From positions 218,494 through 282,493 of the forward strand of contig NW_005434659.1 in assembly GCF_000315625.1 (NCBI RefSeq): a stretch of DNA of 64,000 bases. Reading direction: 5' to 3'. The translations under genes and the position numbers were made by a program. Numbering within the stretch: position 1 is the stretch's first letter; every line of letters begins with the position of its first letter. This DNA is from Guillardia theta CCMP2712. Lineage: Eukaryota > Protista > Cryptophyta. Of the stretch, positions 14,594 through 26,561 are shown in pieces. A model generated the notes under the pieces. The model was given only the letters and a program-made list of their open reading frames with translations. It was not told the DNA's origin and made no database searches.

Positions 14594-17500
14594 TCAGAGG
14601 TCACGCGAGACGAGGAAGAGGATGGGGAGCTTGTGCTTCCCGCTCTCTTCCTCCCTCCTCCCCGCCACCTCCTCCATCGCGTTCACCAGCAACGGGTGCG
14701 CGTTGAGCTCCTTGACCTCCTTCATGATCTTGCTCCACCTCTCCACCTCTCCTCCTCCTCCTCCTCCTCCTCCTCCTCCCTCCTCCTCCTCCTCCTCGTG
14801 CTACCATCACCGCCAGCACCCTCCTGTACATCTCGAGAAAGATATCCATCCTGCTGCTCACTCCCCTACCCAGCACGAGCTCTTCCCCAGCCCCCGCAGG
14901 GTCCCCACGAGCTCCTCCAGCCGGGCCATGCAGGCGGCGACGTCTCCGAGGGGCAGAGGAGGAGAGAGCGATGCGGCACTGCGGGCAGAGAGCTGGAGGA
15001 GGAGGAGAGCTTCAGCCTGAAAGTTGTCGCACTCCTTCTCGAACAGCCTCCTTGCCATCACCTCGTCCGCCACCGGCTGCTTCCCCGCCCCCTCCGCCTC
15101 CTCCTCCCGCTCCTGCCCGTCCTCCGCCTTCCCCTCTCCCCTCCCCGTCAGGTTGCCAAGTAGAAACCTCCTCCACACTTCGTGTCCACCTGCCTTAGCG
15201 CTCAGGTGCTCGAACACAAGCTCGATCGCCTTGGCTGGCTGCACATGCCCGCGTGCGAGGAGGGGGAGGGCGCGCGAGACAGAGTTCGCCATGCTCGTCC
15301 TCGCCTCCTCGTCGTCGTCCTGGAGGAGGGTCAGAGCTACCAGCCAGCTGCGCAGGAGGAGGGGGAGCAGCTCGTGGTCCTCGTCCAGGGAGCAGCAGAG
15401 CAAGTCTGAGCGGGAGAGCGCGTCCACTGCTGAGATCCTGCTGTCCACGTGCATCGCCTCGTGCGAGTTCTCTTCCACCATCACGATCCATTCTTCCAGC
15501 ATCCTCCTAACTGCACTGCCTGCTGCTGCTCCTCCTCCTCCTCCTCCTCCTCCTCCCTGCTTCCATCGGTTCCCGCGGAGCAGAGCAGAGAGGACTTCTC
15601 CTGACATCGCCAGCGCCCGCTCGCTGCTCTTGACGTCCGTCGATCGCTGGATGGATGACAACCAGGTCCACACTGGCACCTCCTCCCCCCCCTCCTTCAC
15701 CGCCACGCTCTCCTCCTGCAGTTTCCCGAGGCTCAGCAGCAGGCGGAGGAGCTTTCTCCTGCACAGATGGTTGGATTCCTCCTGCAGCCGCTGCAGCAGC
15801 CGCTGCTGGATCCTCCTCTTCGCCCTCCCGCTGCTCAACTTCAGACCTCTCCTCCCCAAGATCCCTTCCTTCAACCCTCGCAGAGCCATCCACCGCACCT
15901 CATACATCCCATGCTCGCACAGGCCCATCACCTCTTGCAAGATCTCCTCCTCCTCCTCCTCTCCCTTCTCGTTGCTCCTCCTCTTGCTGCTCCTCTGTTG
16001 CAGCCGGAGCACAAGGTGGCGGACGAGGAAGCGGCTGGCCTGGCCGAGGAAGGAGAAGAGCATCGGAGCATGCGGCTCCTCCCGCTCTCTTGCTATCAGC
16101 CTCCTGCATGCTCCAGCCGCCGCCTCCCTCAGCTCATACGCCCCCGTACACCTTCGCTCATTCCCTGCTCCTCCCCGCTCCTCCTCCTCCTCCTCCTCCT
16201 GTTGCACCAGCCTGCCGCTCGGAGCCCACACGAGGTCGTCGACTACCTTGAGGAGGGTCATCCGGATGGGAGGAGGGACCCGTTCGTCCTCCAGCGCCGC
16301 TAGCTTCTCCTGCAGAGCCTCACACAGGAGGTGCCAATCACCCCTCCCTTTCAGCGACTCTATCAGGTCTGACCACCCCTCTTCCTTCCTCGTCTGCGCC
16401 TCCACCATCTGACGGGCAGCCTCAAGCATGCCCTGCACGAGGTTGTGCCGGTTGTAGGCGGGGAGAGGAGGAGGGAGAGGAGGAGGAATCTTCCCGAGCA
16501 GCTGGTCCCGGATGAAGGAGGGGACGGACTGGACGGGGACGAAGGGCAGGAGAGCTCTTGCCGCCATCCTCCTTACCATAGCGTTGGCGTAGAGGAGGCA
16601 GCGGGAGACGAGCACGATGAACCCTTGCAGATGCGCCTGGTCGTCTCGAACGTGGAGGGCAGGGGCGAGCTGAGCCAGGAGGACGAGGATGGGTTGGAGC
16701 TCCGGGTGGAAGGAGGACGAGCTTTCGCTCCTCTTCCTCCTCCCCTCCTCCTCCTCCGTCGCCGCCGCAAGGCGGGCGAGCAGGTCGGGGCAGAGGCTGG
16801 GGTACCGCAGGAAGAACTCGCCAGCCCCGAAGGCCTTGCGCTGGTGGGCCCCGCCCATGGAGCGAGAGAGCAGGACGGAGAACGCAAGGGTCGAAGAGTT
16901 CCTGACGGCCCAGGAGGAGGCGCCAAAGCCGGAGATGGCGGACGAGATGGCAGGAGGGAGGAAGGCAGAAACCTCCTTCGACAGGGTCGTGTCCAGGAAG
17001 ATGTGTCGCAGGATGTTCAACGCGTGCACCCGAGCACGCAGGACCCCTCCTTCGTCCTTGAGCTTCTCCGCCACCCGTCCCTCCTCGGACTCCTGGATCA
17101 CCGCAGGGGAGGCTTGCCGTCGGCAGCTGCGAGGAGAAAGAGCATAGTCCGCTCCAGCAGGGTCCTCTTGGAGTTGGGCAGCTCGGCGTCTAGGACGGCG
17201 AGGATGGAGAAGGAGAGTTGCGAGCTCCTCCTGACCACGGGGACGTCGTGGTCATACAGCCGCTCGAGCAGCCGGTCGAGCCACTCGGAGGGGAGGAAAC
17301 GAACTCTGCTCCTCTGGCTGCGAAGGAGCTGCTGGCAGAGTCGCTGGAAGCCCAGCCGAGCCTTCTCGATGGCGCCGTTGTGGAGGGTGGAGAAGATGAT
17401 GTCGAGGAGGAGGTTGCCGCTCTCGATGATCTGCTCTCTCCGCAGGAACCTCTCCTCCTCCTCCTGGAACACCCTCACCAGCATCCCCACGCTCAGCGCC

Positions 17501-20500
17501 ACCTCCTTCAGCGTCAGCCAGCAGCTCACTACCAGCAGCTGCTCCTTGGGCCCCAGCCGCGCGAGACGAGCCTCCTCGTCGTCCTCGTCTCCTCCTCCTC
17601 CCAGCGTCATCTCTTCCATCAAGCTCTCCACATGCGTGTGCTGCGGGCACGCAAGGGAGGAGGAGGAGGAGGAGGAGGAGGAGGAGACGTTCACGTTCCT
17701 GTGGGTGGCAGCGAGCGTGTCCCTCTGGACGGAGTGTGGGGTACTGATGCTTCTCCCGTCCTCTGCCTTCCTGTACATGGAGCCGAAGAGACCCGTCGAC
17801 ACACTCGCTCCTCCCACCACCACAGGCTTCTCTCCTCCTCCTTCTCCTCCCACCCGCTCTGGGGGGCAGCCGGCCATGGCGCCGACGCAGATCATGGAGA
17901 GCAGGCGCATGCGGTGAAGCATCTCTTGCAGAATCCTCCTCCACTCCTCCACCTGCTCCGCGCTGGTGTCCCCGCGCTCGATGGAGATGGCGGACGGGAG
18001 CTCGATGTCGGGGAGGAGGTGGCGGAGGGCGAGGAGGAGGCCCTGGGCGAAGCTGGAAGAGAAGGTGGACTCGAAGCTCGTGCGGGCGGCTGATATGACC
18101 CGGTCCACCTCCAGGAGCAGCTCATGGATGAAGAAGACGGAGGGGTGGGGGTACTGCTTCCTCGCCTCGTTCACTTCCTCGCTGGACCTCCAGGGGTCTC
18201 CCAACCAGCCGAGCTGCTTGACGTACTTGAGGTGAATCACCTGCCGAGAAGCAACGATGAGAAACGCGAGGAGGAGGTGAGGAGGAAGGGGTGAGGAGGA
18301 GGAGGAGACTGGGGAAGTAGACGGGGAGAGAGCAAGAGCATGTCGAGGAAGTGAGAGTAGGGAGCAGGACGGAGACATCCAAGAGAGAGGAAGGAGGAGG
18401 GAAGAAGGGAGGAGGGAGGGAGGGAGGGAGGGAGGGAGGGAGGGAGGGAGGGAGGGAGGAGTGAGTACCTTGAGAATGAGACCTCCCGCGTCGCTCTCCC
18501 TCGCTCGAGGGCTGGCAATGAGACTCTGCGCCCAGCTCGCCAGCTTCTTGACCTCCTCCTCGGTCTCCAGCCCAGGGAGAGGTGCAGGGAAGCGAAGGAG
18601 AACCTCCAGCGCCTGCTTCCTAACATGATCGAAGCTGTTCACCACTGCGTTGATCACAGCGTTCACTGCCTCCTCTGTGAAGAGCGAGGACGCGATCCTG
18701 CTCTCCTGCTCCTCCGTCACAGTCAGCCCCAGCAGCGCGGGGTCAGGATGCATTGCAGCCCTCGGCTGCCACACGTCAATGACCGTCACCAGGAGCTCTA
18801 GGGCCATTATGCCGCGCTCGTAGGAGGAGCCAGGGAAGAGGGAGGAGGAGATGTTTCCCACCAGCCAGCACAGGAAGTCCTCTCCCTCCCGCACGATCCT
18901 GACCCTGTCCTCGTCCGGGCGCTCTATCTTCCTCCCCTTCTCGTCCCTCGTCCCCTTCTCCGCCTTCCTCGCCTGCGTCAGGATGTGCTGGCTGCTGATC
19001 CTGATGCGAGTGAAGAACTTCTTAAGGAGCTCCATACAGCGCTGCCGGTAGTGGGAGGAGGAGGACTTCATGTTGAGGAGGAGGAAGTCCTGTACAAGCT
19101 CCACCTCCCTCCTTGTCGCCGCCTCCGTCTGCTTCGCCTGCATGCAGATCATCTCCAGCCCGTTGAGCCGCATGTCGTCCTCGACGTGCGACAGCGCCCG
19201 ACGCAGGAAGCGAACCATCCCCTCCGAACTCACGCTCAGCATCTCCTCCGACCCAACTCCCGTCCTTCTCGCAACCTTGATCACTGCTGTCATCGCCCAC
19301 AAGCTCTCGTCCTCCTCCTGCTCTCCTTCTCCTCCGCCTCCCTCCCTCCTTCCGGCAGGAGCCTCCTGAAGCTCCTCAAACAGCATCTCCATGCTCTTGG
19401 GCAGCACCCGCGCAAGGACTGGCAGCGCGTAGCTGCACATGGCGTTTCTGAGCTTGACGTCATTACTCGTGATCGCCTCCACCAGCGGCTTCATCCACCA
19501 CGGCTTCCTCCTCCCCGCCTTCGCCTCCTCCTCCTTCCTCTCCTTCTTCTCTCCCTCCAGCAACATGGCCTCCAGCAAGGAAGACGAGCACGAACCAACG
19601 CTCTGATCCCTCATGGCGGCCAGCAGCTCGTGCGCGAACGAGGAGAAGGAGGAGAGGAGTCCCTCAACTCCGACCTTAGGAACGAGGGCAAACAGAACGC
19701 GGTACCTTGCCTTCCTGTCTCGCTTCACAGTCATCGCCAGCTGCAGAAGGGGATGAAACAGCTGTCTCCTCTCCTCCTCCTCCAATCTCCATCCTCCCTC
19801 CCCTCCTCCTCCCTCCAGCTTCTGGAGGGAGCGTGCAAGCTCCAGAAGATCGACTATGAGCTCGAACATCGCCTTGGTCTGGTCCGCGATCCCTTGGAAC
19901 GGGTCCTCACAATGCGGCCACAACAGATCTATCCCCTTCTTACACATCTCCTCCACGGTCGATGAAGAGCACGGGTAGCCTCCTCCTCCTCCTCCTCCTC
20001 GCTCGTCGATCTCCTTGAAGAAGGTCCTGAGCACATCCTTGGCGAGGGAAAAGGCGTAAGACAAGGATTGCAGGCCGTAGCACACAAGGAAGAGGTCAGC
20101 TGTCTCCGAGCTCTGCAGGCAGATCAGGTCGAAGAGGAGGGAGAAGAGGAGGGAGCTCCTCCTCCCCTCCCCGACCTCCATCGGCTCCAGCAGCACCCGC
20201 TTGTCCCCAGCGCTCAGCATTCCCCTCAGCATCGCCTGCTGTCCGAACTTTGACAGCCTCTCGAACTCCACGGGGACGAAGCCGGGGAGGTGAAGCAGGG
20301 GAAGGAAAGGCTTCCTGTCCTTGAACGCTTCCTCCACCTGCTTCTCCTTCAGCTTCACCTTCCCGCTCAGCCCCGCAAACTGGAGCGACACAGACGCGGC
20401 GTCCTTGCTGGACTTCTGCACGAACGAGCAGAGGAGGATGGTAGCTGGGGTCAAAGCGTCTCGTTGAGCCCCGTCATTCTCAAGGATCTTCACGAGCATC

Positions 20501-21675
20501 TTGACTAGCCCCAGGAAAGCTCCGACATCGTCGTCCTCTCCCTCCTTCTGCTGCCTCGTCAGCGCGCGTGAGATCGTCTCGATCACTCGATCCTCAACGG
20601 CGGAGAAGAAATCTTTCAGAGCGTGCATGCAGAAGCAGAGCATCTCCGGCTCGAACATGGGCAGCTGCTCCTCCTCCAACGGGCCCTTCTCACCACTCTC
20701 CTCCTCCTTTCTCTCCTCCTGCGAGATGATCCTGCTGACCTCCGCCTTGACGCTGCTGGAGTGAGTCTGCAGGAGGGCCTCGTTCAGATCGTTGAGGATG
20801 CACGACAGGAGGTCGAGAATGCTCTTGAAATTTTCTTTGAGGATGGGATGCGTTGATGAGACGTGGCTCAGAACTCCGAGGGACAGGAGGACCTCTGGTC
20901 CCCTCTGCGACAGGATCTGCTCCACGAACTTCGAGATGGCCGGCTGGGAAATGGAGGGAGGGAGAGCCTGGAGGGTGGTACGTGAGGAGAAGTGCGAATC
21001 GTATTCCTCATCATCTCCCTCAGCATCATCATCATCATCTCCATGTCCATTATCATCACAACACAACTTCTCAAGACAACTTCTCACTAGAACATCTCAA
21101 CTTAATATCTCAACTTAACATCTCAACTCAACCTCTCATCTCAACATCTCAACACAACTTCACGTACCAGAATGAACTTCTTGATCTCATCGTGCAACAG
21201 CTTGCTCCCCCCGCATGGAAAGATGCTCACAACCGCCTCTGAGATCTCCAGCAACCCCGGGACCTCCGGCGAGATCGAGGGCTGCTCCTTGGAGCTTCCC
21301 AGCGACGAGACTGCAAGGAAGGAGATCAGAATGCAGTGAAAGCCGTCAAGGCACGCAGAGACGAGCAGCAATGCCGCTCAGTGACGCAAGAAGTGACTTC
21401 ATGATACAGCTCAGAGGACATGGGTTACGTCAGAGTCATCATCGCGGCCTTACAACAGGACAAGCATGCTGACACAACTTCCTCCTCTCACCGATCGCCT
21501 TGAGAGCGCAGAGCTGGTTCAGGGCAGAGTCCCCATTCACAAGCTGCCTGATGTCTTCATGACGGACGGGGCATGTTGCCGGTAGGCTGATGTTCAACAG
21601 GCCCTTCGAGATGTTCACTCGATTCGCTTTGAGCCTGTTCTTTGCTGATCTTGCTTGCCGCCCGTTCGCCCCCAT
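14594..21675 (-). CDS. THADA: THADA / Trm732 (DUF2428) tRNA 2'-O-methylation cofactor, with three apparent frameshifts
   Basis: Motifs ASPRARESDAGGL, LLVVSCWLTLKEVAL, STLHNGAIEKA, VVRRSSQL, RVHALNILRHIFLDTTL, SGFGASSWAVRNSSTLAFS, FFLRYPSL, LLQDDDEEAR, LFEKECDNFQAE. Confidence 0.9.
21060..21160. repeat. Degenerate CAACWTCTCA-type repeat in a THADA intron
   Basis: Repeated caacttctca / aacatctca / caacttaacatctca units. Confidence 0.7.
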
Positions 21676-22825
21676 GACGACGAGACGCTGGCAGGAAGAG
21701 GAGGCGAGGGGGAGTTTCGATCTCTTTCACACACGTCCTGCGCAGGAACATTCAGCACGAGGGGGGAAACTGGATGACAAGACAAATCGATGGGAGCACA
21801 AGAGAACGGCGATCAGGAATCAGCGGCATCAGCACGATAGCATATACATTTCCAGGTGAGGATGATGTATCAGGGCACGGATCTAAATCACGAGTGACGG
21901 GTTCTCCTACCCTTCTTGTCTCCTCTCCCCTCGTCTCCTCCCTCCCTCCTTCCCTCCCTCCCTCCCTCCCTCCCTCCCTCCCTCCCTGAATCTGATCTGA
22001 AACTCTCTATCTCTGTCCCTCNNNNNNNNNNNNNNNNNNNNNNNNNNNNNNNNNNNNNNNNNNNNNNNNNNNNNNNNNNNNNNNNNNNNNNNNNNNNNNN
22101 NNNNNNNNNNNNNNNNNNNNNNNNNNNNNNNNNNNNNNNNNNNNNNNNNNNNNNNNNNNNNNNNNNNNNNNNNNNNNNNNNNNNNNNNNNNNNNNNNNNN
22201 NNNNNNNNNNNNNNNNNNNNNNNNNNNNNNNNNNNNNNNNNNNNNNNNNNNNNNNNNNNNNNNNNNNNNNNNNNNNNNNNNNNNNNNNNNNNNNNNNNNN
22301 NNNNNNNNNNNNNNNNNNNNNNNNNNNNNNNNNNNNNNNNNNNNNNNNNNNNNNNNNNNNNNNNNNNNNNNNNNNNNNNNNNNNNNNNNNNNNNNNNNNN
22401 NNNNNNNNNNNNNNNNNNNNNNNNNNNNNNNNNNNNNNNNNNNNNNNNNNNNNNNNNNNNNNNNNNNNNNNNNNNNNNNNNNNNNNNNNNNNNNNNNNNN
22501 NNNNNNNNNNNNNNNNNNNNNNNNNNNNNNNNNNNNNNNNNNNNNNNNNNNNNNNNNNNNNNNNNNNNNNNNNNNNNNNNNNNNNNNNNNNNNNNNNNNN
22601 NNNNNNNNNNNNNNNNNNNNNNNNNNNNNNNNNNNNNNNNNNNNNNNNNNNNNNNNNNNNNNNNNNNNNNNNNNNNNNNNNNNNNNNNNNNNNNNNNNNN
22701 NNNNNNNNNNNNNNNNNNNNNNNNNNNNNNNNNNNNNNNNNNNNNNNNNNNNNNNNNNNNNNNNNNNNNNNNNNNNNNNNNNNNNNNNNNNNNNNNNNNN
22801 NNNNNNNNNNNNNNNNNNNNNNNNN

Positions 22826-23445
22826 AGGGACCTACCAAAACTCTACAAGATATACCTGAGAGATGCAAGAGGGGTCGGAGGGGAGAAAGTAAGGGTGATC
22901 AAGTTCCCTGTTACAGACCAACCCCGCTTCGTCAGGCTTTGACCAACCCCCCCCCATCCCTCCAACAACCTCCCTCCCTCCCTCCCTCCCTCCCTGAATC
23001 TGATCTGAAACTCCTCCTATCCTCCTCGTCCCCTCCACCGTTCCCCATATCCGGGACCCCCCCCCCAATAACCCCCCCCCCCCTTCTCTCTTCCTCTCTC
23101 CCCTCCTCTTCCCGCGCCTTCGTACCTCTAATGGATCGCCATGCACGTGGAGCACGTGAAGCCGGAGTATCCGTATAAGTATCCGTAGGGTATCCGTAGG
23201 GTATCCGTAGGGTATCCTCTGGTGTATCCGTCAGTGATGCACGTGTAGATAGGCGGATCTGAAAATGGGGGGTGGGGGTACTTGTCGGTGGGGTCCAGCA
23301 AATGAGAACAGTTGCTAAAAGGGTAGTCTGAAGGAGATTTGCTGGTGAAAGTACCGGTGATGAAGTACCCCTACCCCATAGTTGTAGGAGGCATGTGGGG
23401 GGCCTGTACTTCTGATTCAACTCGCTGGGGTGGGTTTGTTGAAGG
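22826..23445. promoter_or_regulatory. GGGGTA/TACCCC-rich block with 11-bp GTATCCGTAGG repeats and three CACGTG boxes, in the divergent THADA / C1orf109-like spacer
   Basis: GTATCCGT-type units at 23167-23232; CACGTG at 23144, 23153 and 23240; agtacccctacccc and gggggtact words. Confidence 0.5.
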
Positions 23446-23458
23446 ACCGAGGAGCGGC

Positions 23459-24095
23459 ATGGCACGAGCAGCTTGGAGGGAAGCGGAGGAGGCGGCGATG
23501 GGATGGGAAGAGGCGGATGCTAGAGGCAGAGACATGCTGCTTGCCCTGTCCAACGCATCTTCTCGCATCAAGGACTTCGAGCAAGCAAGGGGCCGGCTCG
23601 GGGTTCTTTCCAACGTGAAAGGGGCGGAGGATAGGCTTCTGGTAATTCGTTCGCTGATTTGGCGAAGACAGCAAGGGCTAGAGGCTGAGTTGCTTGCCTC
23701 AGGTCATGCTGGGATCAAGCGTAGAACGGCTGATAGTAGCTCTGCGATCGATCGTCGTTTCTTTGAAGACAAGCTGCTCGAAGATGGAAAAAGCTGTGGA
23801 TGACGTCTTGACGGAGCTGGCGAATGCGCGAAACGAAGAGAACAAAAAGTTGTTGGCCTGGGAAGCAGATCGTGGACAACCGGTCTTAGCTGACATGGCG
23901 GAATGGCTCGAAGATGCATTGAACAACATGAAGAGAGAGAATGCTCTGCGTGAAATGCTTGTAGACGGCATCTCATACACTGAGAATGATGGGATCCGGA
24001 GGGCGATCGAATTGTGGAATACAGAAGTCTTCTTCCACCGAGACGAATTTCGTCAGCGAGCAGAAACCGTCAAGATTCATGCAGCAGCGGCATGA
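23459..24095 (+). CDS. C1orf109/AIRIM-like helical protein (2 exons; intron 23642-23703)
   Basis: MARAAWREAEEAAMGWEEADARGRDMLLALSNASSRI...LGVLSNVKGAEDRLL|VMLGSSVERLIVAL...PVLADMAEWLEDALNNMKRENALREMLVDGISY...IELW. The pattern recalls the C1orf109 family; assignment from memory. Confidence 0.5.
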
Positions 24096-25319
24096 TAAGG
24101 GATCTCTCGGTGAGGAAGCTTGTTATGTGGTGTCGTGACTCTTGGTGCCGATGATGCACGAATTGAAATTCGTGCTTGGTTATTGAACAACATGTTATGA
24201 AAGCAAGTTTGAGATTTGAGGCATCAGCATTTGTTTTCGATGCGATGAACCATGATTCGTTTTCGAGCCTTGGTGACACCTCTGCCGCAGGTTTCATTAT
24301 TTCCTTGCACTTAGCAGTCCCGAAGCCAATGCAAGGTGAGGGACATGTTTGAGGAGCTTCGAGGCCTCTAGAGTCGTGGATGCACTTTCAAATTGCTGGT
24401 GCGAGACTTTTCCATGTCTCCATCAGTGCCGCTAATGGTGCTACAAGATGCCTACTGCTTTGAATGCTGCGAAAATCTGAACGAATAGCTTTTGGCAAGC
24501 AGCATGTAGGCAATAATCGAAATTGAGTCACGTTGACCTTCGATTTTTGACATGTGTTGCAGGTCTTCCAACACGTCCAGTGAAGTTTCTATGGGGAGGT
24601 CGAGCAAACTCGAGGTAATATTAAGATGCTTGTCTGTGATACCCTTTGCATGTAGTGGGTATGATGAAATCCTCAAAGACCATGTATAGGAAGAGCCGTC
24701 TGATCTCTGTGATGATTTTGGTCTCTGACCTGCTCGATTGCTGTCTTTCATATGTCCAAGTGTTGTTCGCAGCTGGCTGAGCGGTCTTGCGCGTGCAGGC
24801 ATCTTCTCTGCCGTCCGCTCGTTGGCGGCAAACTCTTCTTCTCAAGCTTTCACACGGTAAGACACTTCTCTTCCTGTCTGTTGGTTTATGCTCCATCGCC
24901 CTGGTGAACGAGAGGATGATGATCTTTCTACTTGGTCCGTGTTATTGAAAGGGATTAAGACCCCCTTCAAGCGTGAAACCACTTTCAAGTACCTGACTCT
25001 TGTGCCTGTGCCTCCTGCTGAATGCTCCTTACTGTATCAGTTTTTCGTGACACCTGTTGTTGCAGATCTCTCGCTCACTCCATGGATGGAACCTGTCGAA
25101 ATCCAGAGCAAGAGGGAGATAGAATATATAAATCGTCCCTTACATCACGATCTCGCTCCACTTTCTCTTTTCATGCAAGAATGGAACATCAGTGAATCTT
25201 TTGCACGTACGCCATTGTCATCGTTCGTCTGCCATGGCGTTCTATGGTGTCCCCTGCTTCTGAGTGCGTTTCACCTTCTCGCCCCAACTTTTATCCCTGC
25301 ACATTGCGAGCCCACAAAG

Positions 25320-25700
25320 TAAAGAGTGGGTAGGGTCGTTGAGTACGGGTCCAAAGTTCAGTCATTGTGTGGTCGATGAGGGGGTACTCAACGACGAAAA
25401 GGGGTAGTTGGAAGGGGTTGTTCTATAGTGAAAAAATTGAGGTCTAATAGTCAAGTAAGGACTCTGATGGTGGAAATTGATAGGGTGGGGTACTAAAGTA
25501 CCGTGTATAAACCAGGGAAAATGAGGGGTAAATTTACATTAGGGTGGCTCTCATAGTCAAGATTGACAGTACCTATAGTCAATGATCGAGGATCTTTGGA
25601 TCAAAGAAGGGGTACTCAGATAGATTTTTCTGGGGGTACATTTGTGAAAAAAATGGGGGGTGGTATTCATAGTCAATAATGATTCTGGTTATAGTCAAGA
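25320..25700. promoter_or_regulatory. GGGGTA(C)-rich block directly upstream of SmG
   Basis: Repeated ggggtact, ggggtag, ggggtaa and gggggtac words, plus repeated atagtcaa. Confidence 0.5.
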
Positions 25701-25732
25701 TTGCTGCCGCTGGCAGCGGCGGCGCGTGAAAG

Positions 25733-26382
25733 ATGAGCGGCAAGGGAGGGCCAGACCTGAAGAAGTACATGGACAAGCGCGTCACATGTAAGTGATGGCT
25801 GAGAGAGAGGATGGGGAGATGAGAGAGGGGAGGAGGAGGAACAGCAGGAACAGGACGAGGAACAGAAGGAAGAGGAGGACGAGCATGAGAGAGTAGTAAT
25901 CCGTGGGAGGTTAAGGGAAGCAGGGAGTTGACTAAAGAGAATGTGTGAACGGGGAGTATAAGACGAGAGAAGAGCGAACGGTGTGTATGGAAGGGAGAGT
26001 TGTGATGGAGGAGATCAGCAGAATTTGTTGGAAAGGGCAATCACAGTCTCGTTCTGAGACGAGACTTGGCTGGCGATGTTCGATGCAAAAATTTGAGTGG
26101 GCTAGAGGGATTATTTCAGAGTGTGACTAGCGTGAGTTGTGAAGAGCATTCACACGAGAAGTATGAGGGGAGACGAGGCAAACTAACGAGTTTCTCGCAG
26201 TGAAGTTGAACGCGAACAGAAATATCACTGGGATCTTGCGTGGATACGACCAGTTCATGAACTTGGTGTTGGACCATACTCAGGAGGTTGTGACCCCCAC
26301 ACAGAGAAACGAGATCGGCATGGTGGTGGTGAGGGGAAACAGCATATCGATGGTAGAATGTGTGGATAGAGTGTACGGCTGA
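25733..26382 (+). CDS. SNRPG: Small nuclear ribonucleoprotein G (SmG), 2 exons (intron 25788-26200)
   Basis: [43 protein letters not shown]...IGMVVVRGNSISMVE; Sm1 and Sm2 motifs. Confidence 0.95.
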
Positions 26383-26561
26383 TGCGGGAGCTGCAGCTCA
26401 TTGAAAATCCTTGTCAGCTGCGGGTTTGGGTATTTTGCTGTTTGGTGAAGGATTGAATGCAGTTTTTTGTTCAAGCATACGGGTCGTTGTGGGATCCTAT
26501 TACTGTAAGATTGAAATGAATTGACAACTACGGAAACAGGCTGTGCAAACATTCAAATGTA

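Noticed and set aside
15024-19965. Long plus-strand ORFs (462, 490, 291 and 326 aa)
   Set aside because: Antisense shadows of the GC-rich THADA coding sequence.
21960-23013. Direct repeat (CCCT)n-GAATCTGATCTGAAACTC on both sides of an ~800-N gap, as possible LTR or element ends
   Set aside because: Short, mostly low-complexity, interior unsequenced, and no TSD or transposon ORF visible.
24300-25322. Possible gene between the C1orf109-like gene and SmG
   Set aside because: Splice-like signals occur on both strands, but no consistent stop-free model could be built.
14594-26382. Functional cluster of RNA-processing genes (THADA, C1orf109-like, SmG)
   Set aside because: Different pathways, one uncertain assignment, and adjacency by chance is plausible in a compact genome.
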